A DNA stretch of 63,753 nt, filler included. It is 8 parts of 8 records of this genome, joined end to end, with 100 filler letters (N's around TTAATTAATTAA, not from the genome) between each part and the next. Parts side by side here need not be neighbours in the genome. Positions count along the whole stretch, not along the records: positions 21,475 to 29,228 come from SRR7504441_758; positions 29,329 to 33,027 come from SRR7504441_759; 6 more parts are not named here. One strand, written 5' to 3'. This document shows, one piece after another, positions 22,261 to 33,127 of the stretch. The translations under genes were made by a program, and so were the position numbers. The notes under the pieces were generated by a model. That model saw only the letters and a list, made by a program, of their open reading frames with translations. It did no database searches and was not told the origin of the DNA. Positions within the stretch are counted from its first letter, which is position 1. Each line of letters starts with the position of its first letter.

Positions 22261-24038
22261 ATGGACGAGATCGAGGCGCTGCAGGAGGAGCGGGAGGCGA
22301 TGGGCCTGCCCCGGCTGGACCCGGTCCCGTCCGACGCCCCCCGCTGGTCCGCCGCCCAGCTGGCCGCCTTCTTCGACTCGGACGGCGCCGAGATCCCTCC
22401 GCCGCTCCCGCCGTCCAGGCACATCCCACCGCCGCTGCCGCCGTTCAAGCGGCTGTCGTCGGCTGAGCTGAGCCAGCGGGCCGGGCGGGCGGCCCTGGGC
22501 GAGTGGTACCAGCTGGAGATCCCGACCCGATTCGACCAGCTCACCGCCCACTGGCTCACCACCGCCTTCCAGGCCGCCGGCACCCTGCCTAGAGAGAATA
22601 GCGTCAGCCGGGTGGTGAGCTGCACCGAGCTGCCGGTCGGGGGAGGGTTCGATTGCGCTGGCGGGGCCGGGCGGAAGGCGTTTATTACAGTCGAGTTCGC
22701 CGAGCCGAGCGATCAGCTGCACCGGGAGCTGTTCGTGAAGATGCCCTGGGAGGCCTCCAACAAGTACCGGCAGCTGATCTCTTCGGCGTACGGCGACGGC
22801 GACGCGCTCGAGCTGTCTGTGTATTGCTATCTTGAGAGCAGCCTGCCTGTGCGGATACCAAAGTTTTATTTCGGGGACATCAGCAGAGAGACCACGGACT
22901 ATGTGCTGGTGACCGAGCGGATAATGTACGGCCAGGGCGGGATCCTGCCGGCCTGCGGCAAGTACCAGGACTACACTCTCCAGCAGGCCCACCGATACTA
23001 CTACGCGCTCTTCCGGGCGCTGGCAAGGATAGCGGGCCAGGACAAGCTGGGCAGGTTCAAGCAGTTCCCGTGCGGCCCAGCCCCGGCCGCACTGCCGGCC
23101 ATTCCAACGGACAAGCTGGCCCGCCGGCGGGAGGCGGCTCGCTCGATGGTCTCGCGGCAGCTCACAGTGCTCGAGGAGTTTGTGCTTGAGATAGCTCCGC
23201 AGGTATTGTATAGGTATTATATATAGTGCTTGAGGTAGCTCCGCAGATATTCAACGAGCAGTCGCGGTCTAGCTGGCCCAGAGTGCGGGACCGGCTGCTG
23301 CAGGCGGGCGGGATGATCCCGGAGATCCAGGTATACACCTCGGGGTTCTCGGAGCTCAAGGGGCTGAGCCACGTCAATCTGCAAGTGGATAACGCCTTCT
23401 TCTGGGAGGAGATGGGCAGCGATAGGCTAGAGTGCGGGCTGCTCGATTGGTACAACTGCAGCCGGCTGCCGTTTGTGATGGTGTTCCAAGGGTAGCCGTG
23501 ATGGCCCATCCGGCTGGGGGTGAGCCGTGGGCAGCTGTTTGTCGGGGGGCGAGCCAAACGAGCTGGCTGCACACGAGGAGCAGTTTATCAAATGCTTCTG
23601 TGACGAGTACCAGCAGGCCGGCGGGTGAGCCGGCCAGTGGGGCATTCCGGTCAGTTGAATAATTGACAGGCCGAGGGTGGAGGCTGATGAGCTGTTGTTC
23701 CAGTATAGGCTGACTTATGTGGTCTCATTCATCGCTGGGATCCGGTTTATTACAGACGATATATTAGAGGAGATACCGAGGGGAGAATGGCACACAATCA
23801 AATCAGCTGAAGATTTGCAGGTGTGGCATGAGAGCCGCCGCTCGCTAAGTGCGTGGCAGCATGGGCCGTGGAATGCCCGGTGCCGCTCTGTTGCGCTAGT
23901 CCAGGGTGATCACCTTTAGTTTAGGCTGTGCTTTGACAGCGGTGCAACTGTGCAGGTCTCGCCACGCTTGCTATGCGCGACCACTTTTTCGACGCGGTTG
24001 ATAAGTTTATTCTCATGTCGCCCAAAGTAACCCAATAG
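22261..24038 (+). CDS. APH/ecdysteroid-kinase-like small-molecule kinase, multi-exon
   Basis: LFVKMPW, ELSVY, IPKFYFGDISRETTDYVLVTE, LSHVNLQVDNAFF (the usual catalytic Asp appears as Asn), GLLDW. Five short introns; stop at 24036-24038. Confidence 0.7.
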
Positions 24039-24257
24039 GCCTGAGAGAGAGGGTTAGGCTCCACGTTCAGTGGCTCAATATAATGTTACCGAGCCGCATC
24101 ATACATACGGTAATCTAACTATAAAGACTTCTAAGTAGCGACGTTAATCTAGCTATCAACACACCTTTCACATTAACTCCACGCTACCAGCACACCTCGA
24201 TGGCCCGGATCCTAACGGCTACTGACCACCGGCGGCGAGAGGTTTCGGGCGCGGCGG

Positions 24258-25249
24258 ATGTGGGGCTGTGGATACAATCGGTTCGGTCAGCTCGGGCCTG
24301 GCTCGCGGCAGCGGCGGCGGCTGGCCCGGTTCGGGGGGTCGGGCAGCGCCAGTTGCTCGTTCTGGAGCACGATGCAGGTGACGGGCAGCGGCCAGCTGCT
24401 GCTCTGGGGCGGGGCCGATCGGGCCGAGGCCAAGCAGCTGCTCGAGCAGTCGGTGCACACTGTCAGCTGCGCGCAGGACGGTCGGGCGCTGGCGCTGGCG
24501 GCGGACGGGGTCTGGGTCTGGGGCGGGGCTGAGCTGGAGCGGTGCGACGGGAAGGCGGCAGCCGGCTGGATCGAGCAGGCCGCCCCCCGGGTGGTCAGCG
24601 GGGGGCGGGTGGCCAGCCTGGTGGACGGCGCGCTGGCGGTCGATCCAGACTGGGCCGGATGGGAGGTGCTGGCCGGTTCGAGCTGTGGCGGACACGGCGC
24701 TGGGCTGGTGCAGGGCGGGCGGGCTGTCTGCTGGGGGCTTAATCTGCACGGCCAAGTCGGGACCGGCGGGACAGAGCCGGTGAGCGGCCCGACGCCGGTG
24801 GCGGGGCTGGCGGGACTGGTTGTGCGGTCTGTGGCGTGTGGTGGGTGGCACACTGCGGCTGTGCTAGACTCGGGCGATCTGTTCACCTGGGGCCGGGGGG
24901 ACGACGGCCAGCTGGGCCACGAGGGCGAGGCGCAAGCCAGTGCGGTGCCTGTGCTGGTGCAAGCGGTCGAAGCGGCCTCGGCTGTGGCCTGTGGTTCTCG
25001 GCATACAGTAGCGCTTAGTAGCGCAGGAACCGAGTGCGAGTTTAGTTGCTTTGAATCGGTCACGGCTTGGTCAGGTGTTGGACGTTTGGTTGGAACAAAT
25101 ACGGGCAACTAGGCCGGGAGGCCGAACAAGAGTCCGTGCTTGTGTCGGCACCTGAGGGGGTGCGCTGGACGGGAGTGGCTTGTGGCAGCTGGCACACAGT
25201 TTTATGGACAAGCGATGAGGTCACGACGCGTACTAATTGTATGCAGTGA
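24258..25249 (+). CDS. RCC1-repeat protein
   Basis: WGCGYNRFGQLG, CWGLNLHGQVG, VACGGWHT…FTWGRGDDGQLG, VACGSRHT, FGWNKYGQLG. One intron near 25033-25075. Confidence 0.88.
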
Positions 25250-25318
25250 TTTACGATCAGGCCTCAGTAGTACCTCCTCTCAGGCTAAGACTAACTAGCA
25301 TGACACTTTTATGACGTC

Positions 25319-26430
25319 TCAACAATTAAAGACTGATGCAAGCCTTTCAGCGATCTCATTATTGATTTGTTCGGCTACCAAGCTTAAGCATGCTGATGTG
25401 TTGCCGTCTCTACTATTAGTGACAGAAATTGGTCTCTTCACTTGGCGTCTATCGGGCTCATATCTATTTTGTTCGGCTGCCAAGCATGCTGTTGTGTTGC
25501 CATCCCTACTATTAGTGACGGAAATCGGTCTCTTTGCGTGGCGTTTATCGTGCTCACATCCACTTGTGGGACTCCACTCGTGGGGCGATGGTATCTTTAA
25601 CAGCTTTGCTTCAATTCCTGCAAATGCCGAAAGCACATCCCTTGCCGACCCAGTAGTCTTAGAAAGCACGGTCACAATAGTTTGTACAAGGCTCGTCACC
25701 AAAGCTGTTTGTGGGTTGGTTGAATCTCTGCTGCCCTGAGCACCCAACAATCCGGCCTAGGTAGAGCCTAATATACCTCTAGTCGAAGCTCAAGCTGTTG
25801 GCAAAGATTTCTGATAGCACCAGAAATAAACAATTCCCGTCTCGGGCCTATGGCATTTTCACTCCTGAAACACATCAAGTCAGGCACTTGAGCAAGTATC
25901 CTACACCGCTTGGTCCAAAGTGACAGATTGAGCTCAATTTCCAATCGCTGCAGGAGATCTGAGTGAGACAAAATAAGATCTGCCTCTAAGCTTATGTTCT
26001 GAAGTTTCTCAATACATTGCTGTGGAGAGCATGAAACTGTCCCAGCGATTCAGGAGGTTAGTACGGCACTCCTACCAATCAGTGCAGCGGAAGGACAGCA
26101 GGTTCGCACCCGCTTCATGAATACAGCATGCTCGGTGTCATCGAGGAGGTTGCAAACTACAAGAATGACATCTGGTCTGGACTCGATCTGGGATAGAACC
26201 TGCAGCAAATCGTCTTCGACCACGCAACGCAGGGAGATGGCTGATGAGCTCGAGATACGCTCCCGAATATGCAACCAGGGATCATTGGCCTGTCGCCAAT
26301 CGCTACGGACGTTACAAGGTAAGGTGCAGTCGTATCCGGGTTAGAGCGGAAATATAGAGGCGATTTAGTCACTAGAGTGGGCACTGTAAGTCCTCCTAGG
26401 ATGCAATTCAGAACTTGATTGATTGATCAT
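25319..26430 (-). CDS. Hypothetical multi-exon protein with a degenerate receiver(REC)-like segment and a C-terminal ~31-aa tandem repeat; start uncertain
   Basis: Three GT-AG introns join ORFs 26050-26274, 25768-25971 and 25319-25750. Segment EDDLLQVLSQIESRPDVILVVCNLL…FMKRVR…AALIVS…ADLILS. Confidence 0.5.
25365..25560. repeat. Two imperfect ~95-nt tandem repeat units within CDS
   Basis: Encodes KRPISVTNSRDGNT(T/S)ACL…AEQ twice. Confidence 0.85.
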
Positions 26431-26506
26431 ATTGCGTCCAGGTTACGGTACAGTACAAGTGCACAGCTAACGGCAAGCGGCAAGCGAGACTTCACCTTGA
26501 CCCTCG

Positions 26507-28057
26507 ATGTCTGCAGCGCTGGTGTGGTTCCGTTCCGACCTGCGGCTGCACGACCACCCGGCGTTGACCGCGGCCGCGGCCGGGCACCGCGTGCTCGCGC
26601 TGTTTGTCTGGGACGGCAGCCAGGGCGGAGCGGCCCAGTGCTGGCTAAGGGCCGGGCTGGAGAGTCTTCGGCAGAGTCTTGAGGCGCACCAAGTCAAGCT
26701 GCTCGTGCTCCCCGGCCCGGCCGACCAGACGGTGCCCAGGCTGGCCCGGGCCTGTGCGGCGGACACCGTGTTCGCCACCCGGCGCTGGGAGCCGCGCGGG
26801 GAGGCCGAGGATCATCGGGTGGCCGCGGCGCTCCAGGCTGACGGAAAGCGGCTCTCGCTGCACCGCGGGGCTCTGCTGTACGACCCGGACCAGGTGGCCC
26901 AGCTGCACGGGCGGTGGGCCGAGTTCTTCAGCCCGGGGCACGACTGCTGGGGCAAGCTCTTCCCGTTCTGGCGGGCGTGCCTCGCGCTTGGGCCGCCCGA
27001 TAGGTGTCTACCTGCCCCGGGCCGGATCGAACCGCTGTGCGGGCCGGTGGATGGACTGGACGATGTGGTTGATACAGGGGGCGAGCACGAGCCGTGGCGG
27101 ATCAAGCTCAGCGAGGCGATAGGCCAAGTGAGCGAGCGGCGGGCGCGCGAAGAGCTGGCTGAGTTTGTGGCCGCCCAGCTGCGTGGTTACGAGCGCAAGA
27201 GGCACATGGCCGACCTGCTGGACGCGCAGAACGCCAACAGTGGGCTCTCGGCCTATCTCCGTTGGGGCCAGCTCTCTGCCCGCGAGCTGTACTGGGCAGT
27301 TGAGGATGCCAAGCCTGACATGCCAAAAAAGCTCTGGAACACGTTCGCGCGACGAGTCTTCTGGCGAGATCACGCCTACTACCAGCTCTGGCTATTCCGG
27401 AGCATGCCAGACCAGCCGATCCGGCCGGCCTATCGCTCGCTCGAATGGCGGTCGGACTCCGAGCTGCTCGAGGCTTGGCAGAAGGGCCGGACGGGGTTTC
27501 CACTTGTGGATGCAGCCATGCGGGAGCTCTGGGCGCGCGGCCGGATGCAGCAGAACATGCGGATGGTGGCGGCTGCCTTTTTGGTCGAGTATCTCCGTAT
27601 CTCTTGGGTCGAGGGCCGCAAGTGGTTTGACGACACGCTTGTCGATGCCGATGAGGCGATCAATGCAATGATGTGGCAGTCGGCTGGCCGGACTGGAGCC
27701 GACCAATGGACCTTCAGCAAGAGCCCGTCCGCCGGTGAGGCGGTGGACCACAGCGGGCGGTACGTGCACCGGTGGGTGCCAGAGTTGAGCGGTCTGCCGG
27801 CGCCACTGTGCCATCGGCCGTGGGAAGCCGACTCAGCCGCACTCGAGGCGGCTGGGGTGGAGCTGGGGGGCAACTACCCGCACAGATGCGTGTGCGAGCA
27901 GACGGACGCGTTTCACGAGGCTGTGCTCAGGGTGCGGCAAGGGATAGCTCACGATGCTGGCCAGAACAGCGAGCGCGGGTATGATATGGTGCAAGTGCCC
28001 GGGCTAGGGCTGGTCGAATTAGGCACCGAGGAGCGGTACCGAATCACTGCCGTGTAG
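26507..28057 (+). CDS. Cryptochrome/DNA photolyase family protein (plant-like/marine CRY clade suspected), intronless
   Basis: VWFRSDLRLHDHPAL, SGLSAYLRWGQLSAR, WQKGRTGFPLVDAAMREL, NMRMVAAAFL, LVDADEAINAMMWQ, GRYVHRWVPEL, GVELGGNYP. Confidence 0.93.
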   Translation: MSAALVWFRSDLRLHDHPALTAAAAGHRVLALFVWDGSQGGAAQCWLRAGLESLRQSLEAHQVKLLVLPGPADQTVPRLARACAADTVFATRRWEPRGEAEDHRVAAALQADGKRLSLHRGALLYDPDQVAQLHGRWAEFFSPGHDCWGKLFPFWRACLALGPPDRCLPAPGRIEPLCGPVDGLDDVVDTGGEHEPWRIKLSEAIGQVSERRAREELAEFVAAQLRGYERKRHMADLLDAQNANSGLSAYLRWGQLSARELYWAVEDAKPDMPKKLWNTFARRVFWRDHAYYQLWLFRSMPDQPIRPAYRSLEWRSDSELLEAWQKGRTGFPLVDAAMRELWARGRMQQNMRMVAAAFLVEYLRISWVEGRKWFDDTLVDADEAINAMMWQSAGRTGADQWTFSKSPSAGEAVDHSGRYVHRWVPELSGLPAPLCHRPWEADSAALEAAGVELGGNYPHRCVCEQTDAFHEAVLRVRQGIAHDAGQNSERGYDMVQVPGLGLVELGTEERYRITAV

Positions 28058-28231
28058 CTTTAGAAGACGACTCGCAAGTGCATGATTTGAGTAGTACGTA
28101 TAAAACATGTTTGGGGGTACTATACCTTTTTCGGAGATCACCGGCTCTGATCACTATAAAGCCATTGATATAATATACTCGTTGTACTTGTACTTCATTG
28201 ATCATGAGTACTTCATTCTTCTACGGAACAC

Positions 28232-29039
28232 TTACGTTCGGAAGTAGTCGTGCTCCGAATTCAAGCTGTCGCTAGTCACCGCCCTAGTTATAGAATCGCG
28301 GTCGTCGGCCTCCTCGATCAAGCCGGTCCCGCGCTTGCCGCTATCTCTCCTGGTCTGGAACACGTCGCTCGCTCCGGCAGATCCTGTCAGCTGGTCCGAG
28401 TGTTGGAATATAGTGTCGTTATACCAGTAGCTCTCTCGCACCAGCAGCAGCGCCACCACCATTGGCAGCCACTGACACACCTTATACACCTGCCCACTAA
28501 CGCTCAGCTGGCGAGCTGCCGGCGCCCACCTCGGCGAGCAGGTCGAACGGGCCGAACCCGAATATGTACGGCAAGTACCAGCCCAGGTACTCAACGAAAA
28601 CCACCCCCACTAGGCAGCAGTAGAGCGACCAGCCGCGCAGGCTGGGCACTACCCAGAAGAGCGCCTGCTCCACCGCCATGATCGCCAGCTGGTAGAAACA
28701 GCCCTGCCACATGATGTAATTGCTGAGCTTGCGCGTCTTGTGCCCGTTGAAATCCTTCCACTGGCCGTTGCCGCACCCGTCGGTGACGCAGTTGAAGTCG
28801 TCGTTTCCGCACATGATGAACTGGTTGGTCAGGTAGCCCACCTGGACCACCAGAGACGTCCACGCCAGCCCACGCCCCAGCAAGAGTCGCTTCCCGGCCC
28901 CCGACCCGCGCGAGCATTCCCACTCGTTGGCTAGGTACCGCCGGACGGGCGGGAGGAACAGCGCCAGCGCGCAGGCGCCCAGGCAGACACCGACTCCGAG
29001 CAGCACCCGGGCGCCGGTCCCCCACTCCTCAGCCGTCAT
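28232..29039 (-). CDS. Multi-pass membrane protein of unknown function, two exons
   Basis: About five hydrophobic segments and a Cys-rich loop. One GT-AG intron joins ORFs 28497-29060 and 28232-28594. Confidence 0.6.
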
Positions 29040-29228
29040 CTCCAGCAGCAGGTCGATCAAGGCAGTGGAGATCTTGGAGGGGCGCGTAGGCTATGCCGAG
29101 GCGCGACTCCTCTCCTCCCCTCTGGCCAAGCCCGCCCCTTCACCACAGGCTGCTGCCGTTGCGCTTGGCGGTTGTCTGTCTTGTCTTGCAGCAGTGGATT
29201 TTTTTTTTGAAAGACAAGGCGTTTTATT

Positions 29229-29328
29229 NNNNNNNNNNNNNNNNNNNNNNNNNNNNNNNNNNNNNNNNNNNNTTAATTAATTAANNNNNNNNNNNNNNNN
29301 NNNNNNNNNNNNNNNNNNNNNNNNNNNN
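29229..29328. other. Artificial contig linker
   Basis: 44 N + TTAATTAATTAA + 44 N. Confidence 0.98.
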
Positions 29329-30725
29329 GGGCGAGTTGGGGGCTGTCCAGGGATCTAGCGTTTAGGACAGCCGGTGCAACTACATATAAGCCGTCCAGTG
29401 CCGCTGACTCCTTGGACTTTTGCTCGCGGAAGTGCTCTACCAGCTCCTTGAGGTCGCTATTTCCGGCCACCTGAATCCGCCACTCAGTCCGAACCCCACT
29501 GCTAACCGCCGGGACTAAAGCTCGTGCAACGCCGGACAGCGCCTAGGTGAACATCTAGGGCGAGCGTGCCCTCACCTCTTCGAGGCTCTGCTCGTGCGCT
29601 TTGAGCATATCCGAGCTGCCCTCCACCCCCTGCATGCACTCCCACAGCGACTCCTCGTATTCCTCCGCGTACACCGCCCGCGAGACCACCCGCTGCAGCC
29701 CCGAGCCCCGGAGCAGCCTCACCGTCTGCTCTGGCCCCAGCTGCCCCCTGATCAGCCAACCCCAGCTGCAGCTGCCTGGAGCTGGCTCGCTTTGAGCAGC
29801 GTGTCGGCCTGCTTATTGGGCTGTTTGCCGTCCAGCCACACCGTGCAGCAGAACCGGGGGCTACGCGCCGGCAGCACCCTGTGCAGGCACCGTTCACTCA
29901 TGAACAGCACCACTCGGCCCATCAGCGGCTCGATCACCACCCGCTCGCCCAGAAACGGCTGGATAACCAGCTCGCCCCCGTCCCCTGCCCACCGCTCAGC
30001 CTGGCCTGCCCGGGACACGGCACCGGCCGCCCAATTGCTGTTGAGGTAGACCAGGCAGGTTACCGCCCGCCTGTTTGGCGGCCCGGGGTTATCATAGTGC
30101 AGCGGGAAGCACCCGCCCTCCCCGGAGTTGTACTGCAGCTGCTCCCCGCTCATAGCCCGCCCGCCCGGCCCGGCGCCTTGACGGTCTGCCCGCTCGGGCC
30201 GTGCTCAAGCTCCAGCCCGGGGACGGCCGCCTCCAGCGCCTCTGACAGCGCCGTCGAACTGACCCTTCGGTCGGGCCGGCCGGCAGGCAGGGCACCGCCA
30301 CAGCGCTTCGAACTCGGGGAGCCGGCGGCGGAGCTCTTGGTCGTGCAGGTCGACCTCGAACACGCCGGGCTTGGAGAACTGGCGGGGGCCGTCGGCGGTG
30401 GTGAACTGAGTCTTGTTGGGCAGCATGAGCCGCATCCGGGTGAGCCAGTCCAGCTCGGCATGGAGCGCCTCGGGCCAGCCCACCGGCAGCGCCCCGTCCA
30501 GGCTCACCCAGCTGCCCGGCCCGGTCTGGCCCTCACCCCGGCGGCGGGGCACCCGCGCTGGCTGAGCCGCTCGCAGGCGGCGGGGGAGAGCGCCCGGGCC
30601 CAGCAACCCAGGTCCCGGGAGAAGCCGGCCGGGTACGGGCCCGGGAAGCCGGCCGGGGCGCACTCGTCCATCAGCGCGAAGAACTCGGCCGAGTCCAGCG
30701 GCTCGCCCTCGCTGCTCGAAGACAT
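29329..30725 (-). CDS. 2-oxoglutarate/Fe(II) oxygenase (EGLN/2OG-FeII_Oxy_3-like), multi-exon, 3' end at contig edge
   Basis: KLQYNSGEGGCFPLHYDN (HxD), VTCLVYLNSNW, GGELVI, LFMSERCLHRVLP…RFCCTVW (distal His and Arg). Confidence 0.85.
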
Positions 30726-30863
30726 GTAAAAGTAACGGACTTGGCGCCCAAAAGTCGAAAAAGTGGGAAGTCCTGATCGGGAACGGCTTCGCACCTGATA
30801 TGGGCATGGGTGCACAGTGACTGCCGGCGCCCAGTGCGACTTGTGTGTGAGGCGAGCTAGCCG

Positions 30864-32059
30864 ATGGACCCGAGCATGATGTGCGAGCCGTTGCGGATCG
30901 GCGACCGGATCACTCTCAACTTCCAAGACGTCATGGAGCAGCACAGCGGCCAGCGAAGTGACATCCTTGTGGAAAAGGCAGAAGAGCAGGCAGTTGTTCT
31001 ACTCGAGGGGTATACCACGCTGGAAGAGTACGAAAGCTTGACAAGTTCGCTCCCAACAGACAGATTCCTTGTGCATAAGCACAATATTGCTCCAGAAATT
31101 GTGGAGATCAAGTACCTTGCTCTTCAATTCGTGGAACAGTACTACATACCACGTGGTCAAACGGCCCTTTGTTTACGTGCTTGATCATGTCTACATTGAT
31201 ACTTATCCTGTGATGAGTGACGAAGTTGCCTTAGGTATGGGATGACCCTGAGGTGACTGTACGCTGTGAACAGCTTGGCAAGCGTTACGCACTCCTGATC
31301 TATGCACTGGATGATCAAAAGTGCCTTCAGCACCCATTGGAGCAGCTACTCAAGGGAGCGTTAATGGAGTATGCCTTCTTTTCACAAGGGATACTCCAGC
31401 TTGAAATTGGTGTTACGCAAAGGAGGCAAGCTACAACCACGAAATTCGTCGTTTTGGTTCCTGCTGCTATTCTTTTCTTTAAAGGATCCCCTATTTGTGT
31501 GGTTTGCAGCATACGTGGTCGTCAATCAAATGGCCTACAACAATCCGTTCTTCTATACTCTTTTATTCCTTGACATCATGACCTGGTGCAAGCCTATCAA
31601 AGAGGCTCTGATTGCAGTGAGATCCAGGCTTTATAGACTACTGATGCTTTTGATCCTGTACATATTCGTGCTGCTAATCTTTGCGACATATGCTTACTAC
31701 TACTTCCGTGACGACATCCGGGCTGAATCTGGAGCTGTTGTCTGTGATGTACTCTGGAATTGCTTTTTTGTGATTTTCCACAAATCGCTACTGAAACAAG
31801 GTACGGACTACGTTGGAGGAGACTACGAGGAAGGCGTTGATGACAACCAGGAGCGGCTGATTCTTGGCACTTTCTTCTACGTTTTCTTCGGGCTGTTGTT
31901 CCTGTGCCTCTTTCTGGGTGAAATCATTACAGCCTACCAACTACAGATGCGCAGAGGATCGAACGACAACTTCAAGAAATGGAGGACAAAGTGACAAATC
32001 GCTTGGATAGAGTGGTCGTTGTAGTGGGCCGAGCCACGCGCGGAACAAGCGATGATTAG
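30864..32059 (+). pseudogene. ITPR: Internally deleted IP3 receptor-like Ca2+ channel gene (remnant 2)
   Basis: In order: N-terminal EPLRIGDRITLNF; EIKYLALQFVEQYY; VKRPFVYVLDHVYIDT; YAFFSQGILQLEI; the membrane block (FFYTLLFLDI…CDVLWNCFFVIFHKSL…LFLGEIITAY); and a C-terminal coiled coil (RIERQLQEMEDKVTNRLD) ending at TAG 32059. Total about 1.2 kb, pieces in different frames. Confidence 0.8.
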
Positions 32060-32211
32060 ACGAGACTCCAAAGGTAGAAGGCGTGTAAAGGGAAGTACTT
32101 CGGTCGGCCATCCAGATGATGTAGCGTGTTACATGCCGGATGATTGCCTAGTGCAACTCCTTGCAACCGGCTTACTATTGAGTCTAGCATAGTATGGCAA
32201 TAAAGCTTAAG

Positions 32212-32230
32212 TTAGTTAGTTAGTTAGTTA
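32212..32230. repeat. (TTAG)n microsatellite
   Basis: ttagttagttagttagtta. Confidence 0.8.
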
Positions 32231-32369
32231 CCTCAAAGCTCATACTAGCTATCAACCCCGCGGCTTCCTTCCCTTCGTCTCCATAATTATGCATCGCGGC
32301 ACGTGCATCTTGGGCCGTTGGGAGGCGTGCCGTTGAAGGTTGCCTGGCGGCATTGGCCGTCGCGGCCAG

Positions 32370-33027
32370 ATGCGCCGGGCTGCGCTCAAATGCTCCTTCC
32401 AGGCGGCGGTCCTGCGGGTCAAGCTCCAGGCCTCGCAACAGGCCGCCATCCGCAAGCTCGCCTCTCGGCTATTTGTCCAAGCCGCCCTGCGTGACGCGGC
32501 CTTGCCGACGCCCGGCCCAGCGGCTGCAGCCCTCGGACAATGGAAGCAAAACCTGCGATCCGGCCCTCCGCCGACCTCGCTCGGGGCACCAGCGGTGGCG
32601 GGGATCCGGCTGCTGCGGGTTTCAGTGGGCCGGCGCGGACTGGAGCGGGCGGCGAGCGCGTTGTCGCTCTGGGGCCGGCAGTGCAGCGCGCACAAGACGG
32701 CGGCAGCCCACCGGTGCGGCGGCTGGTGAGCCTGAGGAGCCGGGGACAGGGGGCGGCAGCAGCAGGCGGCGGTTCGCCAATGGATCCGGCAGACGGTTCA
32801 GCGGCTGGAGGCCGAGGTCAGGCGGGGGCTGCATCGGTGGCGGCTCGCCTGCAGCGCCCAACGGAGCGTCGAAGCGGTAGAGCAGGCGCCGACGCCGCCG
32901 GGGACAGGCTGATCCTGGGGCAGGCTCAGCAGATGGCGGTGCAGCAGACGGCCCTGGTGCAGGAGGTATCGTCCCAGCTGCAACTGAAGGAAGAAGGCGA
33001 TCAAGCGGCCGAGCTCTCAAAACTCCG
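32370..33027 (+). CDS. Coiled-coil protein with spaced Trp motifs (Sfi1-like?), 3' truncated
   Basis: ALGQWK, ALSLWG, AVRQWI, GLHRWR motifs followed by a Gln-rich coiled coil, via short introns. Confidence 0.35.
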
Positions 33028-33127
33028 NNNNNNNNNNNNNNNNNNNNNNNNNNNNNNNNNNNNNNNNNNNNTTAATTAATTAANNNNNNNNNNNNNNNNN
33101 NNNNNNNNNNNNNNNNNNNNNNNNNNN
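33028..33127. other. Artificial contig linker
   Basis: 44 N + TTAATTAATTAA + 44 N. Confidence 0.98.

Noticed and set aside
32886-32923. Apparent GC-AG intron
   Set aside because: An in-phase GT donor at 32877 is equally plausible, so it was not counted.
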